Of a stretch of 64,000 nt of DNA, positions 37,914 to 52,189 are shown in pieces. The DNA lies in NCBI GenBank assembly GCA_903813345.2, contig CAIIXF020000001.1, forward strand, positions 14,446,001 through 14,510,000. Direction: 5' to 3'. A program made the position numbers and the translations under genes. The first letter of the stretch is position 1; each line of letters starts with the position of its first letter. This DNA is from Owenia fusiformis (lineage: Eukaryota). The notes under the pieces were generated by a model. The model ran no database searches. It worked only from the letters and a program-made list of their open reading frames with translations, and was not told the origin of the DNA.

Positions 37914-40900
37914 TATAAAACAATAACCTGTTATGCCCAGCAAGTTGACTTGAAACTCACACAGTGACACCTATGTGTAAAGATATGAAAATGAAGCTAT
38001 CAGATTTAGGAAATATACAGTAGTATTAATCAAATGTTTCGAAAATCAAAATTCGAGCCAAGTATAATTAAGAAATTAAAACACGCCTAAAATTGTAGAA
38101 AATCCTTGAGAAATGAACTTGTCCAAAACACTTGTTTATATCGTGTCGTGACGACATGTTTTCATCAAATAAATCACAAAGAAATTGTTTTTGATTGTGT
38201 CTTAAAGACCATATAAAATAAATATACATATATCATGTCGTGGGGACACAATGCAACATATAAACCGTTTTCAACACCATATTGTCTACACAACCTTTAA
38301 TGTACTGATTAAACCGGAAACCTCATTTTCCAGCATGTAAATAATTAAAGCTAAACATAATGAAAATAGAATATTATTGACTCTCGAAGTAATTAGTTTT
38401 TGTTCAAATATAGAAATCCAGTGAAATGAAATGGGAAATTGTTAATGCTATAACTCATTACCTAACCTTTTGGAGGAACAGAAAAATACAGAAATCTATA
38501 TCAGACTTAGGATACATTCAAAGATGCCATCATCCCAACTACCATCAGAAAGAGTGGGGTCCCCAATCAATACAACATGGTACGTCATAAGTTAAATGCA
38601 CTTTTCTAGTGTTTACTGATTATAAGATTTGGGCATGTCAGTTACGACTAAAACATCCCCAAGTGACATTTCTGCCATGATACGAATTAATTCTGGCAAT
38701 GTAATGAAAATGTAACCACCTCATTTGGCTCACACGATGCGGAGAAGATTTCTGCGATTATTAACATGCCTCAGTTTTAACCTTGTCCTTGGGCCGCAAT
38801 AGACTAAATAACTCTACAGATAGCATTAATATGCAAGACTGATCCGATCCATCATGCACTCTTGGCGAGGAAACCCCATACGGCTAGTGATTTGACACGG
38901 AACAAGGAACACTAGACATAACAAATTTGACTACATGATCGCACGAGTAAACAACATCACCGCGCTCCGACCTCGATGTTGGATAGTACACATTTTTTAC
39001 AATTTGCTTGTTTATCTCTAAAACACCATCGGCCATGAGGACTTTGTTTTAATGATATTTATTCGGATATATCCTTATATGACCAATCCATCGTCGTTTT
39101 AGTAATGTATTAACCATGCGTACTGGCTATAAGATAATTTCTCATAAGAGCCAGTACAGAAGATTTATAACTTACATCCCACACTGACTCTTATGAAAGG
39201 TAAATGGTCCACGATCCATTTAGGTTTATACTATACTTTTCAACTGTAAAGTTCCTTGTATTGACTTTTCAAATATTGATAGGCTTTTTGTGCCACACTG
39301 GTTTTCGATAGCTTGCCAAGTGTCCATTCTTTAGAAACAATAGAAAAAGAATGTGGTCTTCTTTTGTTACAACTGTACATTCATTAAAATACTACAATTC
39401 ATTATATTGCGTTTCTACCTATATCGAGTTTACTATCACTGGACGTATGGTTCTTATGTGACCATGATAACAATGTTCGATATCATGCAAGTAGTTGCGA
39501 AAGCGTTGTTTCATTTCAAAATTTCAATCGCGAGTTTTGGTCTTATTTCCACAAAATTCAAAACAAAAAATAAGTGATCAAAATATTAGTTAAAATCTTT
39601 TGGATCTTCTAAAAGTTCAAGAATTTCGACTTAATGAAATGTTATGCAGAACTCAGCAGAAATCTTACTTTTAAGATGTTTAATAATTAAAAAATTGTCG
39701 AAAAAACGTACTTACAAAAATTGAGTGAAATGTAAATATCTATCTAAAGATAATCTGTGGCGCATTTTTTATATAAATTAGCAATACCTTTATATCATTG
39801 TGTAAAATCAAGATTATCTCGTCAATATCACTTTGCCATTTGTAGAATAACACTCATGACGCACCATGACTGGACATCATAAATCTTAGAACAGGCTTTC
39901 AAAAGATTTGTAATTAGACTTCATGATTAGTAGTCTGTAAGTGAGTAACGTTGTACTCTGTAGTTTGTAAAAGATGAACATACATCCACATATCGATATT
40001 TTATGATATATTCTACAAGGCCGTCTGGTCTAAAATATCTGCGTCGCCAAGGAATGTCCATATAGGCACGTGAAATAGTACAATGGCCTGGGTTTAAGCT
40101 ATACCAACAAAATACTTGTTTTGATGTACTACTGGATTTGTCAGGTTGAAATTATTCTACTGACAAACATCTGATTCCAAATGGGGGCCTTAAGCACACT
40201 GACATATGAGTCTTAAAGTGTTTAGCACCCAGGTTTACGGTTATTCTTACTGTGAAAATTATTTTTTCATTGAAGAGCTGTGCCTCCTCATAGTTGATGG
40301 AGCTTTGAATGAAATCCACTAGTGTGACTCAGTGATGCAATGGGAATTTGATGCACAGAGACACATTACGCTTGTCAAATAAAAATGAAAGATGTGACAA
40401 AAAGTATCAATTGTACTTAAAAACAAAGAGTAGTGCCATGTCATAAATTGTACACAAAGTTTATGAGGCAGTTAAGATTGTATTTTCCATCAATAACAAA
40501 ATAAGCATCGCGTCCATAGCTCTTTTTGCAGGCAACAGAGGGGATTGCTACACTTGCAAAATGATTTTTAAATGATGATGGACATAAGGGAGGCATCAAA
40601 TGTGCGATGTCGGATCGGAAACTAAATAAATCTAGTTTTGACTTTGACCCCCCCCCCCCAAAAAAAAAACCGACTTCCGGTTTGAGAATTTGAAAATTTA
40701 TTTATTTTTGTTTATTCCTATCGTAGTTTGCTGGTTTTAACAACTATTGATATAATATAATCCATTGGAATGATCATGACGAAGAAAGCATCTGGTAAAA
40801 TCTATATTTTTAAACCATTCCAATGCATTCCGATTCAAAATTGCAAAAATTGAAATGTTGAAATCTGTCGGATAGCAAATTGAAATTGCTTTGAACTTTC

Positions 40901-43079
40901 TCCCCGTAACTAGGTTTATTTAATTTCCGGGGAGGATTAGCGTTATTTCAAGGCTAGTGTACTATCCTTACTCGGTTTTTTTATTTCGTGGTATGAGGAA
41001 AGTAGTTCTATTAAACATGTTTGGGGACTCCAATGCTAAAGAATCAAAAAAAAAGAATTCCATCAAGACCATGAAATTGTGTCAGAACATCCCAACAAAA
41101 CAATGAATATGGGCGTCAAAAAAATTAAAAAAATTAATTCCATAAATACCATAGTCTTGTGTATCAAAAAACCCAATACATCCTAACTGAAACCCATCAA
41201 GAACATAAAACTGTGTTAAAACATCCCAACAAGACCATGAATTAAATAGATACCATAAACTTGTGTACCGAAATAGTCAAAAAGTGAATTCCATAAATGT
41301 TTTGATATTTTTTATGTTTTTGATTTTTTGATATTTTTTATCAATGTTTTGACAATTTTAGACTTTACCCAAGTTCTGGATATATCATTTTTTGATTTTT
41401 TATAAATGATTTGACAGTTTTTATATTTTTGATACATATAAACGTTCCATAAATTCATCGCAATGTGAATCAAAGTTACAGCCATTTTTATTCATGGGTT
41501 GTCTTGTTTCGGGTCACCGTGTACTTCGTTCTAGATTTTAAAGATGAGTTTTATCATCTTTGCCTTTCAAGATTGGGATAACTAAAATCTTATAAATCAG
41601 GATGTAATAATTCCGTTTATTTAATATGTATCATCAGGGCTACTTCATATCTTCCTTGAAATACTATAAAACTAGCAATAAAAAAGATGAACTTTAACAT
41701 AAAGGGCTCAGTTAACGATGATAATAGTACATTGCATAGTTAAGGGTTTCTCGTAAATATCATGTAAGAAGTGCAGTGTACCCCAATGGAACATACGCAC
41801 TAGAGACTAATCTAATATTGCACCGCAGTCCAAGTGCTACTTCGCTGTGTCCAATTTTTAGAGTGAGTAAATAATATAATAGGCTAGAAATTGATTTACG
41901 TCATCTAATAAAAAAAATTGAAAATGTCATACGGTCACTGGTCCCCACCTGGTTATAAAGACGTTGCCTGGTAGTCAAACTGTAACCAACTACCCACTGG
42001 CATCTGGGTTATTGCATTTACTATTTTTACAAACCTTAAGAACTGAAGAACTCAAAAGCATATATAAAAACGTCTGGCTTTCGGGTCGAAAATGTGTATT
42101 AATATTATCAATCGTATACTTTCATTCGAAATTCAACAAACCTGTACACAATATTCATGATTGCAAACATATCACTACTATTTAAAACATCAGAATTTAT
42201 CGCTATCATCACCAGGGGTCAAACAATAAATTATTGTTTATGTTTCATAAAACAATGACAAAAAGGCAAAAGTTAGATTCTATTAAATGTTGAAGAGGTA
42301 TTGGAATGTTTATAAATTCAAAGGAGATGTCTAAATATCTAAAGGAGGGATATGCAATCAAACGCCTCAGAATCATTATCGACGTTTCTGCTAGCTATCA
42401 TCACATTTTTGATGATTATTTCTTTTTCGACATTACCGCTAGTTGTCATCACATTTTCACAAAGATTCATGAATGACAGTGTATATTTTTCTCAAAGATT
42501 CACTAATTCGACAATGTCTTGGTTGTCTTATAAGCAATTGAGCAATATCTAACTTCGGGCAAAAACATTTTAGCTGTAGCCACAATCAGTCAAGGAAGAG
42601 CAATAATTCCCGATTCATTGATAATTGACCCCTGGGAATGACATTTCAAATCTTAAACTTGTTAATTCCCACTTTGTGAAAAACTAACGTGATTTTGGCA
42701 TTTTTCATTCTAGTACAAAAGTGTTTCTTTTATACCATTTATCTCACCTTTATTTGAGAAACAATGCAGAACATTGATGCACCGATTACATGATTTTCTG
42801 CACTTTTGAGAAACCTATTTCAAATTCATAGCTCAGAAATCGAATGCATTTTATATAATTCTCCAAATTGTGAAAATGGAATTTAGTTTCTAGTTTTTTG
42901 CCCCTGCTAATGATAGCCATAATTCAGCCTTAAAGCCGGATGTATATTGGACGCGTATAATGAAATGAATACGGGATATTCAAATATTAATACCGCTGCG
43001 CTATAGTATGCTACCAGCTCCTTCATTGGATATCATAGAAATTTCATACCATGGACTAAGGATGAGATGTTTGTTTATC

Positions 43080-44756
43080 CGAGGTGTCCAACCTAAACGC
43101 TCTTACATGCATGACGGAGCGTTTCATTACTGAAACTTAACAATGAAACGCTCCGGAGTAGGAAAACTGGCGGGCGGGAATGATTAGGCTGTTTCATTTT
43201 TGGAATTTTTTTCTGATCAAGTTGCTATTCATACATTATGATCTATGGTTAGTAGACTATTATAATGACTAAGTACTATTTCATATTTTTAATAACACTT
43301 TATAGTGCCCTACCCCTGGAAAAATATAAGAAAGTGGGCATCACCAATTTTATCTTTTTGCAGCATAAAGTTAGAAACATGTATCAATAGAAAGCATTGT
43401 AATTCATTTATTACTAGATACTCCACCTATTTTATATGTCAGTTTTTAATTTAGTACATGTTTCATAATTGAATCTAATGTATTCATGCTAAATGTGTCA
43501 AATAAAGATGGCTTGAGGGGGTGAGGCAAACGATGTCCGATTTGGCTGAAATCATTTTAGTGCGGTCCCTACTAACCATAGATCATAATGTATGAATAGC
43601 AATTTGATCAGAAAAAATTCCAAAAATGAAACACCCTAGGGATTGAGGTATGAGTTACTCATTTCGAGTATACCATTCGATGGGTGTGATATTCATGTTG
43701 CACTTGGCTGGCTGTTGACGTTTGAAGCAATTAGGAAGAGCTGTACGAAGCAGTATAGTTATCACAATTCATAAACGTATTTGTCATTCTACCGGTCAAA
43801 ACCCCTTTGTGATTAATTGAGCCAAGCTTAGAGCACCAACGTATACTTTGGTCAAATTTCAATTCTTCAACACACCATATATTATCGTAATTGTGATTTG
43901 ATGACCGAAAATCCATGACATGACATTCTCATGTTTAAGAAACGCTGCGACCTGGTTAACACAGTGAACTGGAAACGCTCCGGTACTAGTCTAGATATGT
44001 TTTTTAGGAATTAGCTTGACTCTCCTTTTCGGGAAGAGAAAGAAAAGATCTATTATATTCCTTGGCATCAAAAAGAGAAAGATTAATTCACATATAAACT
44101 TTTCCTTTTTTTGTCAATAGTTTTATGTTTTAGCACGCATGTAAGCATAACATCATCTAATGTATGCTTAAGTCGGCTTGTTGCACGTTTAGCATCACCA
44201 GGTTGGGACGTTTCAATTTCCCTAACAAGTACAACACGTTTTTGAGAGATAGATTCGATTCCGAACTCTTCTCATATAATCTAAAAATGATATCAAAACA
44301 ATTTGTAAGAGCGTTTCTAAAATTATGTCCTAAATCGACGGAGCGTTTCGAGGAAAACAAGCGATTTCTCGAGAACAAGTAATGTATTTGGACTGGGATT
44401 TTAGGAAATGAGAATATAAGAGTTTGTGATCTACTACTTTGACAGAAAGATTAACGTTTTCATATAAATACTAGTTTAATTCGTAATTTGTGGTCGATTC
44501 GCCAACTTCAGCTTGATCAATCAAATAACAGTTTACCACAAGAAGTTGAATAAATAATATTTTTGCGCAGGGTATTGTTCATCGAATGGTACATAATATG
44601 CCACCATAGCGTATTATATGTAAGAGAAACGAGTGACACAATACTTACGGTCATAGTGGGATCTTCATTAGCCGCCATTTTATTTCACTCCACTGCGTTT
44701 CCGCTTGAATGAAACGCTCCGTCATGCATGTAAGGGCGTTTGGGTTGAACACCGTG
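43080..44756. mobile_element. 1.68-kb non-autonomous element with CACGGTG terminus and 5-bp TSD (Transib-like)
   Basis: TSD TTATC (43075-43079, 44757-44761). TIR about 49 bp; left end decayed to CGAGGTG. Internal GAAACGCTCCG repeats in both orientations. Confidence 0.8.
43187..43636. mobile_element. MITE with ~65-bp TIRs nested in the 43080-44756 element
   Basis: TA|GGCTGTTTCATTTTTGGAATTTTTT...AAAAAATTCCAAAAATGAAACACCC|TA. Confidence 0.78.
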
Positions 44757-45331
44757 TTATCATAACTTGAGACTTTCCACTGGATGCTTTTATCATATTG
44801 TAAGAAGATCTTTATTCTCAAGATGAAAGCTTTACAGGTATAACCATCAGTTACATCGTGACTTGCTATACATTGTACTATATACAGTATACATGATCAC
44901 TGTAATCTCGAGGGGAGGGTTGATCGACTATATATAGCTATTTTTGTTTCTAAGAAAAATATAACACAAGTGTGGGAGGTCTAATTTAGCGATTTTGTAT
45001 CAGATACATCCATTAGCATAGCAATAAGCTCCGGGAAAATTTCTCATAGATCTCTCTAGAGACAACGAGGGGAATGAAAATTACATGTAGCATTATTACA
45101 TATATGTAATTGTGTTCAACATAAATCATGCAGCCAAGATATGTTTCCGATTTAAAGCTCAACTTTGTGCGAATTGAAAATATACCTTAACTACTACACA
45201 AATTACAATAGAATGTTTTGAAAGGTTCAAAGGAAAATGTCCCAGTGATTTGCAGAATTGAATGAAACCAACCAATACCTCAAAATCTGATGTCAGTGCA
45301 CGAAGGATTAATTGTTATTTAGAAACAATAG

Positions 45332-45845
45332 CACACCGGAATAGCCTGACAACGGTAAAGTCAGATACCGTTGTCACAAATGGCGGACATAACTCATTTC
45401 ATGGGATTTTATCGTCGCTGATTCTGTGCATGTATTAAGCTATTTTGTGATGATGTTTCATATGAAATCCAAATTTCGATCAAATTGGGTCGTGAATCGC
45501 CACAATATAGCATCTTCGATATCATCAATGACAACGGAATCTGAATTTGAGTAATTTAAAAAGATAACGGCATATGGTAATAATTACAGTGTCCGTTGTC
45601 CTGTATCTCATTTTGATCGGTTAGATTAAAGACTTGATTTCGATGGTAAAACATTATACAATTGTTGACCTCTCCAATGTACAATGAGTATTAAGACACT
45701 TTGATTGATTGTTGTTCCAAAGGAATTTGGTCTAGGTGCTCTGCTATTAAATATACAGTTCATGGACATCTAATTGAAGCGATGGTTTTTCCGCCATTTG
45801 TGACAACGATATCTGACTTTACCGTTGTCAGGCTATTCCGGTGTG
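45332..45845. mobile_element. MITE with CAC...GTG ends (Transib-like), GACAACGG-rich family, copy 2, inverted relative to 26528-27179
   Basis: AATAG|CACACCGGAATAGCCTGACAACGG...CCGTTGTCAGGCTATTCCGGTGTG|AATAT (TSD 4/5). Confidence 0.85.
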
Positions 45846-48800
45846 AATATGACTGCATGGATATTTACTGGGGCATAAATCAAGCGTTCCTTATCCAGTT
45901 ATCTTAGAACATCAAGTCGAACATTATGGAAGTAACATATATACAATTACCAATATTTTATTGATAATTTATAATTGCACTCAAGCCTTAAAACGTGTAG
46001 GCGCATTTTCCATGAACACTGCACCCAATGTGACTTTTGCCTTTTATTTGACATAAACACCATAAATAAACATTCACATACTTGGCACGTGATGCCATTT
46101 CATACTTGTGCTCGAACCTTTAGCTAATGATTAAAAGTGTACAATTTCAAATTACAATTTGTACAATCTGCTCTTAAATACTTAATTCCTGAAATGCAAG
46201 CTATTTTAATCAAGCCTATGTAACTACACACAGACATTTTCTTATGATTGAAGATCAGAGTTTATGATCACCCGATCATTTAATCGTATATCGTTCTCAA
46301 GAGTTGTATACGATGCGTGTTGGTTTTATATTGCAGTTATACAATGCTTTTATACAATCATATAAAGCACTTAGGGTGGGATAAAATCCAGTAACTGGCA
46401 TTTAACTTATTATGAGTACAGCATATTTTGTCTTGCAAAAACCGTGCGACCATACACCACGTACGTTTTGGGAACACATTAGAGCTGTTACCGCCACATC
46501 CATTATCTATCTAATGACTATATAATTTAAAAATAACATATGGATAATTAGTTTACCAAGGTGAGGTTGGAGCAGCTGAAACCTTGTATGTATAACACAA
46601 TCTTATCGTAAGATCCAGAATCAAAACAATATTCTTTACACAATAATTTGCAGTTAAAGTATGTCATGACGACCAATGGAGAATGTTTCTTTTCAATCTC
46701 ATGGAGGAGATTGTATGTACTATTACCCAATTCGCGCCTCTTCTAAAATGGTTGACGGAGAAGACGCGTTTTAAAAAAGTACTAAAAATACAGAAAACAC
46801 GTTCGTTTCGTTCTAATAAATCTAGTTATTTCAATTTAAAGGGTGACGCATATCGTTTAGCAAATCGAACGCTCGTTTCTGGTGTTGCTCACCGTTTAGT
46901 ATAAAAGGCCCGATCCCGGAATAATACTCAAGGGTTCACAGGTTTGAGGTCGTTGTGTCGACACCTCTAACTGTTATATAGCATAAGTATATTATAGATC
47001 GTCACACATTTATAAAAGGGTGATTTTTACTTTGACAAATCAATTCCACATTTATGGGCGAAGTTTCAGGATCATCTATTTGTGTATAATAAGGAAAAAT
47101 TGGCATCTAAATTTCCCCATAACGTAATAGCACACAACTTGGCATATGAAATATCCTACAAATGAAACAAAGCAAGACAATCCGGTTTCTAATGCAAGGA
47201 TTTATATTAGCTGTTGTACATGTATTCTTTGAACGCAATCACTCTTTGGATAACGTTTTCAAAATCATTATAAACGGATTACTTTATCTCAAAGACAATT
47301 TCAATAAACTGGATTTTACAGAACTCCCCTTATTTCTTAAAAATGGACTGATCCAGTTGATTCGCCTAGAGCCGCCATATTGTTTTTATACGGGATGCTA
47401 ATCGGAACCCTTTAAGGCGTCTGACCTAAGTCTCACCTTACTTTCATGTTAAAAATTTACAGTGTTGGGTCATATTTTGTTTATTATAATGAATGATATA
47501 TGATTGCCGCATTTGGTAATTATAATTTGTGTGTCCCATCTGACTACTAGCTACTTTCACGTGGATTTCCTCAAACATCTTGCCTTTTATACAAACGGCT
47601 AGTCTCATAATTGCAAACTGCGTGTATATCGAAGTATTTCTATTTTCTATGTCATTAGAAAACGTAATTGTCATTTCCTAACCATTCCTCTTTATCAGAA
47701 GTAACCAAAAGTTTCCCGTTCGTCCCTGCAAGAAAATGAAGAACTAGGCCTACCTGAATATAATAAAGATATAGATGCAAGAAGTAACTCTTTTTGATAC
47801 CCCCTTCTGAATCATATTTAAACTAAACATCATTAGGAAATGCACAACTTGTAAAATACAAACCAATAAAGAAAACCAGAGGCGATTATATTATTCGAAG
47901 GTACTTTAGTGACACATTTGAAAAAACACATTAAAAAGCTGTGATCTCCCACCTGATGTCATTTTAAAGCTCAAAAGAAACACTTCATTGTGTCAATCAT
48001 TCGTTAGTTTTCTTACCCACGTTTCAACAGATTCCCTTTAAAAAATATTGCACTTCTCTTTTTCGATGCCGTTGAATCCCACTTGACTTAACACAACATA
48101 CGACATGGTGTATAGTCTTGAGGCCATGGGATTCACGCAGGTTGATTATGAACCAAATTTAGAATTCCTAAGATTTCCTTAAGTTACCCGTTTCAATTAT
48201 AAACGTTTTAAAGTAACGCGCGCAGTTTGTGAACAAACCAAACGACGTGTTTGAGTAGGCCCGTATGTGAATTTTTAAATATCTTCATGAGTACATTGGC
48301 ATCGGGAAAAAAACTCCATATATCAGGTTTATTTATATAAGCTTCACGGGTAGTACTTCTTTAAAGATATGTCTAGATATATCTAGTTGGAACTATTAGG
48401 CCGCCTAGCACCTGATTTCAAATGGGTGTTCTAAGTTACTGAAATACGAGTCTTTAAAGTGTTTAGTACCAAGGTTTATGGTTATTCGGTAGTTAGAAAC
48501 GCAATTATTTCAATTAGTTTGAGTGTAAATTATTATTATGTTGTAATAAAAGGAAGGGAGATTCGCATCGGGGTAATAAAAAGAGAAAACTAGAACCGAA
48601 ACCCATTTCCTCTGAAGATCCATGTCTGCTCGTAGGAAATTGAGATTTGAAGGAATTCGACTAGTTCTACTAACCAACAAAATGGCAATCTGATACATGG
48701 AGTTAAAAACATTACATCATCCAGCAGAACAATGAACGTGTGACGAGTGTGACGATAACCTTCCATTACGTACAGAAAAACTAACAGTTCTTATATGAAC

Positions 48801-51800
48801 TAGACAAAGAGACTCAGTTTATGAGGAAGCCAAGATTGTGTTTTCTATTAATCAAAAATAGGGCAATGTCAGGTTTTCGTTTAAGATTTCAAAATCTTAA
48901 TCGTTGGCGGCCGCTAATCCCAATTAGGATAGCTTCGTTAGCCGATTCTAAAATTCCAGATTGCATGCTATGTCAAGTTCTAGAGAATATGTTGAAAAAA
49001 TGTGTTATTATCCTGACATTAGACACCTTAATATTGTAAATGTTATGGCAGAATCTATGTGACAGTCAACAGAGCTATAAAATAGCCTTTTCCTGTTCAA
49101 ATTTGCTTACAAATAGGTTGAAGTTGGGAAAAATTACCCCCCAGACGAATCAGGGGTGTAAGAATGTTTTGAATAATTGTGACAGTTCCTTGTTTGATTT
49201 GCCATATCAATCTTCTCCTTCCCCGATAGGTCAGACTACTCACTGTCCAAATTTACTGATACCGGCTCCGAATACATTTTTCGAGATTTCAAGGTCCGTA
49301 TCATATACATTTCTTTATTAGTCAACATTATTCGTTATTACCCAACGTTAAGAGTAATCCAAGAGTCGTGGTACGTTAAAAAAGGCATGTTTGTACTATG
49401 AGATTATGGTCCCCTTTTTGTAAACATATATAATGTATAAACTTCTAAGCATTGAATATCATAAGAAAATAGTTATGAAAATCGATGGTGATGGATTATT
49501 TTATCATGCCAGTCTTAAACTAAACAATTAGTCTGTCCATAATAGTTGATATACTGTATATGGTGTGATATTAATGCCACAAAGGCGATTGGCAAGTCAT
49601 CCTGTATGAAAATATATTGAAACGATGAAGTAAATTGACTATAAATAAAAAAGTGTATAAATTTCAATTCTTTAAACGAAATTATGAGTTTTATTTAATA
49701 GTACTTAATTTATTGCTTTCTTTCATTATATTAGACATTATGTTAGCATATTAGTGAAAACTGGGTCACTTTTATTGGTCTTCATGTTTCCACGTACTCT
49801 CGTGATTATACGACATTAGTACACATGATACTACACTTCTGATTTGATCATACCTAAAAAGACAACGTTTTCTTTTATAGGGGACAATTTACGATAATTG
49901 ATATTTTAAACATCTGTTGTTGTATTTATTAGAGACTGCGACATATATGTTGATTTCATGGACATGCGATGTGTTATTTTTTGTTGACCAGACTTTAAGC
50001 AATCATTACTTCAAGGTATCTGTTTGGAATATTGCTTATCTTTTTTAAACAATATCACTTTAATAATGGCTTTTTAGACAATAAGACAATTTATTTTTTC
50101 GGCAAATATAAACTCGGATTTCTTAACATAAAATGTATCGATTGCGTTGATATTTTTGAGCATGTTAATAAAGTGTATGTTCTATCAGCTCTTGAAAGAG
50201 GGGTGTTTGATATGTCTTAGCCACATAATTAAGTATTTTTTACAATATGTATACGATTTGTAAATATTTGTATCCTCCAACACATCGGCCATATTAATAT
50301 ACACTATTGATGCATTATTTTGGTGAAAGCTATGCCATAAGGTACATTTTGATGACATATCTTCGATTGCAGACAATGGAGATATATGATTGAGTGTAGG
50401 TATTTTTGTCGTGAATTCAAGTTGTCTAGATGAGGCTGTCCAATATTTTGTATCCTCCAATCATTAAAATATCATCTTTGGGAAAAATATTTTTAGATTA
50501 TTATTTTGAGAAATGAAAGTACTTAATAAAAGTGTTTAGATCATCCTTATTTAATTTTTGAATTATTTCAATTGTCTTTGTAAAACTTTATTAAGCATTT
50601 GTTGGAGGATACAAAATGACTTTAAAATTATGTGAAATATAAAAGTACAATAAAAAGTTAGTTGTATTCATATTTTTTATGTTTATATTTAAATTACAGC
50701 AAAAAATGAGTTATTGCCAAACCAAGAAACAATATATTTCACTCTCAGTTTCACATATGATCATGTTATAACTTTGTGGGAATAGCGATGCATGTAACCT
50801 TTACATTTCTATTCAATATGCTATGCTTTCTTTTTATTTCCATGACCGACACATAACCATACAACTTTGAATAATGTTTCTCATTCCCTCATTGCCCACG
50901 CTGCGTGTTTTGTTCATGATATTATATCTTATCTTGAATGTCGTTTGTCGTACCCTGTGATGAATGTTTGGCCTTTACCCGAAATGATAAATGTTGTTTG
51001 CACATCTTAGTCATTGTAAGTGCCAGAATATTTTATATCGATTCCAATTCCATTGCAATCTTTAATACTTCACATGCAATATGAGCAGCATGCCCGTAGT
51101 CAGCTTTGGTAAGGGGAGGGGGGTCGAACCCACCCCCCTGCCCGCACATAAACATTTTCCATGCTAAAGCAATACCTTGGGCGATCCTGAAAATTCAGAG
51201 GGTGGGAGACGAAAACAAGGTATTAACATGACAAAATGTCACCACCTAGTTGCTCACAATATTATTAGTTCAATCTTAAGTCAGATTTGAATTTCCGAGA
51301 ACTTGTAGATGATTTTAAAAATAAAAATTGGTCAATTTGAAGTTGACAAGTTTGTTGAAGGTGAAATCTCAAATCTAAAGTCAGATTTTAACTTCTGAGA
51401 ACTTGTAAATGATTTTGAAAAAAAGAATTGATCAATTTGAAGCAAGTTGGAAAATTACCTTTTTGACCTTGAGAAGGTCAAATATTTTTTTGACCTCGAG
51501 AATGTCATTGAAGGTCAAATCTATAGTCAGATTTGAACTTTTGTATTTTTTGAAATATCAATTATCGTAAATTGGCCCATAGAAGTACATGTAGCTGTAA
51601 AGTACATGGGACCTCAAACTTGATCTAGGAAACTTATTCATCAGTAAACATCCGTGAGTTGTTATGTTTACATGTTACGTGTGTTACATCCTAATGTAAT
51701 AAAACGTAGACCGAAATTTATTAGATCGATCCTTGTTTATGCTTAATTAGATCATACGCACATTAATCTCGTTGATGCATTTGGGCAAGATACAAGTACA

Positions 51801-52189
51801 AGATGTATGTTGCGTGAACACTTCACATTCTCCGAACAATTGATGAAGTGAACAACATTGTTAATCAATGCATGTGCAATGTATAAAGTGAACTTCATTT
51901 TTACCAATACGTGGACCAAAATGTTTTCTAATAGTTTATGAGAGTAATTATATTTAAGGATTTAAGCCCTGGACTCAGTGCAATGCGTGCTGAATTATTC
52001 CATTGAAGGTGTTGCTTTCAAATCTTTGCATGGCAGCGTGGGAAACGACGCCTGAGTTGAATGAAACAGCCACAATACTGTGAGTCTTGGGCTTAAAATT
52101 ATTTTCACACGTTGCAAAATATTTTTCTACAAAATCATCTAAAAGATACAAAATTACTTTAAAAGAACATATTTAGACCATTTGCTTTA

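Noticed and set aside
41470-41521. CACCGTG end as a seventh Transib-like terminus
   Set aside because: Followed by TA and resembles the CAGGGTG Tc1-type ends elsewhere; no partner end or 5-bp TSD found.
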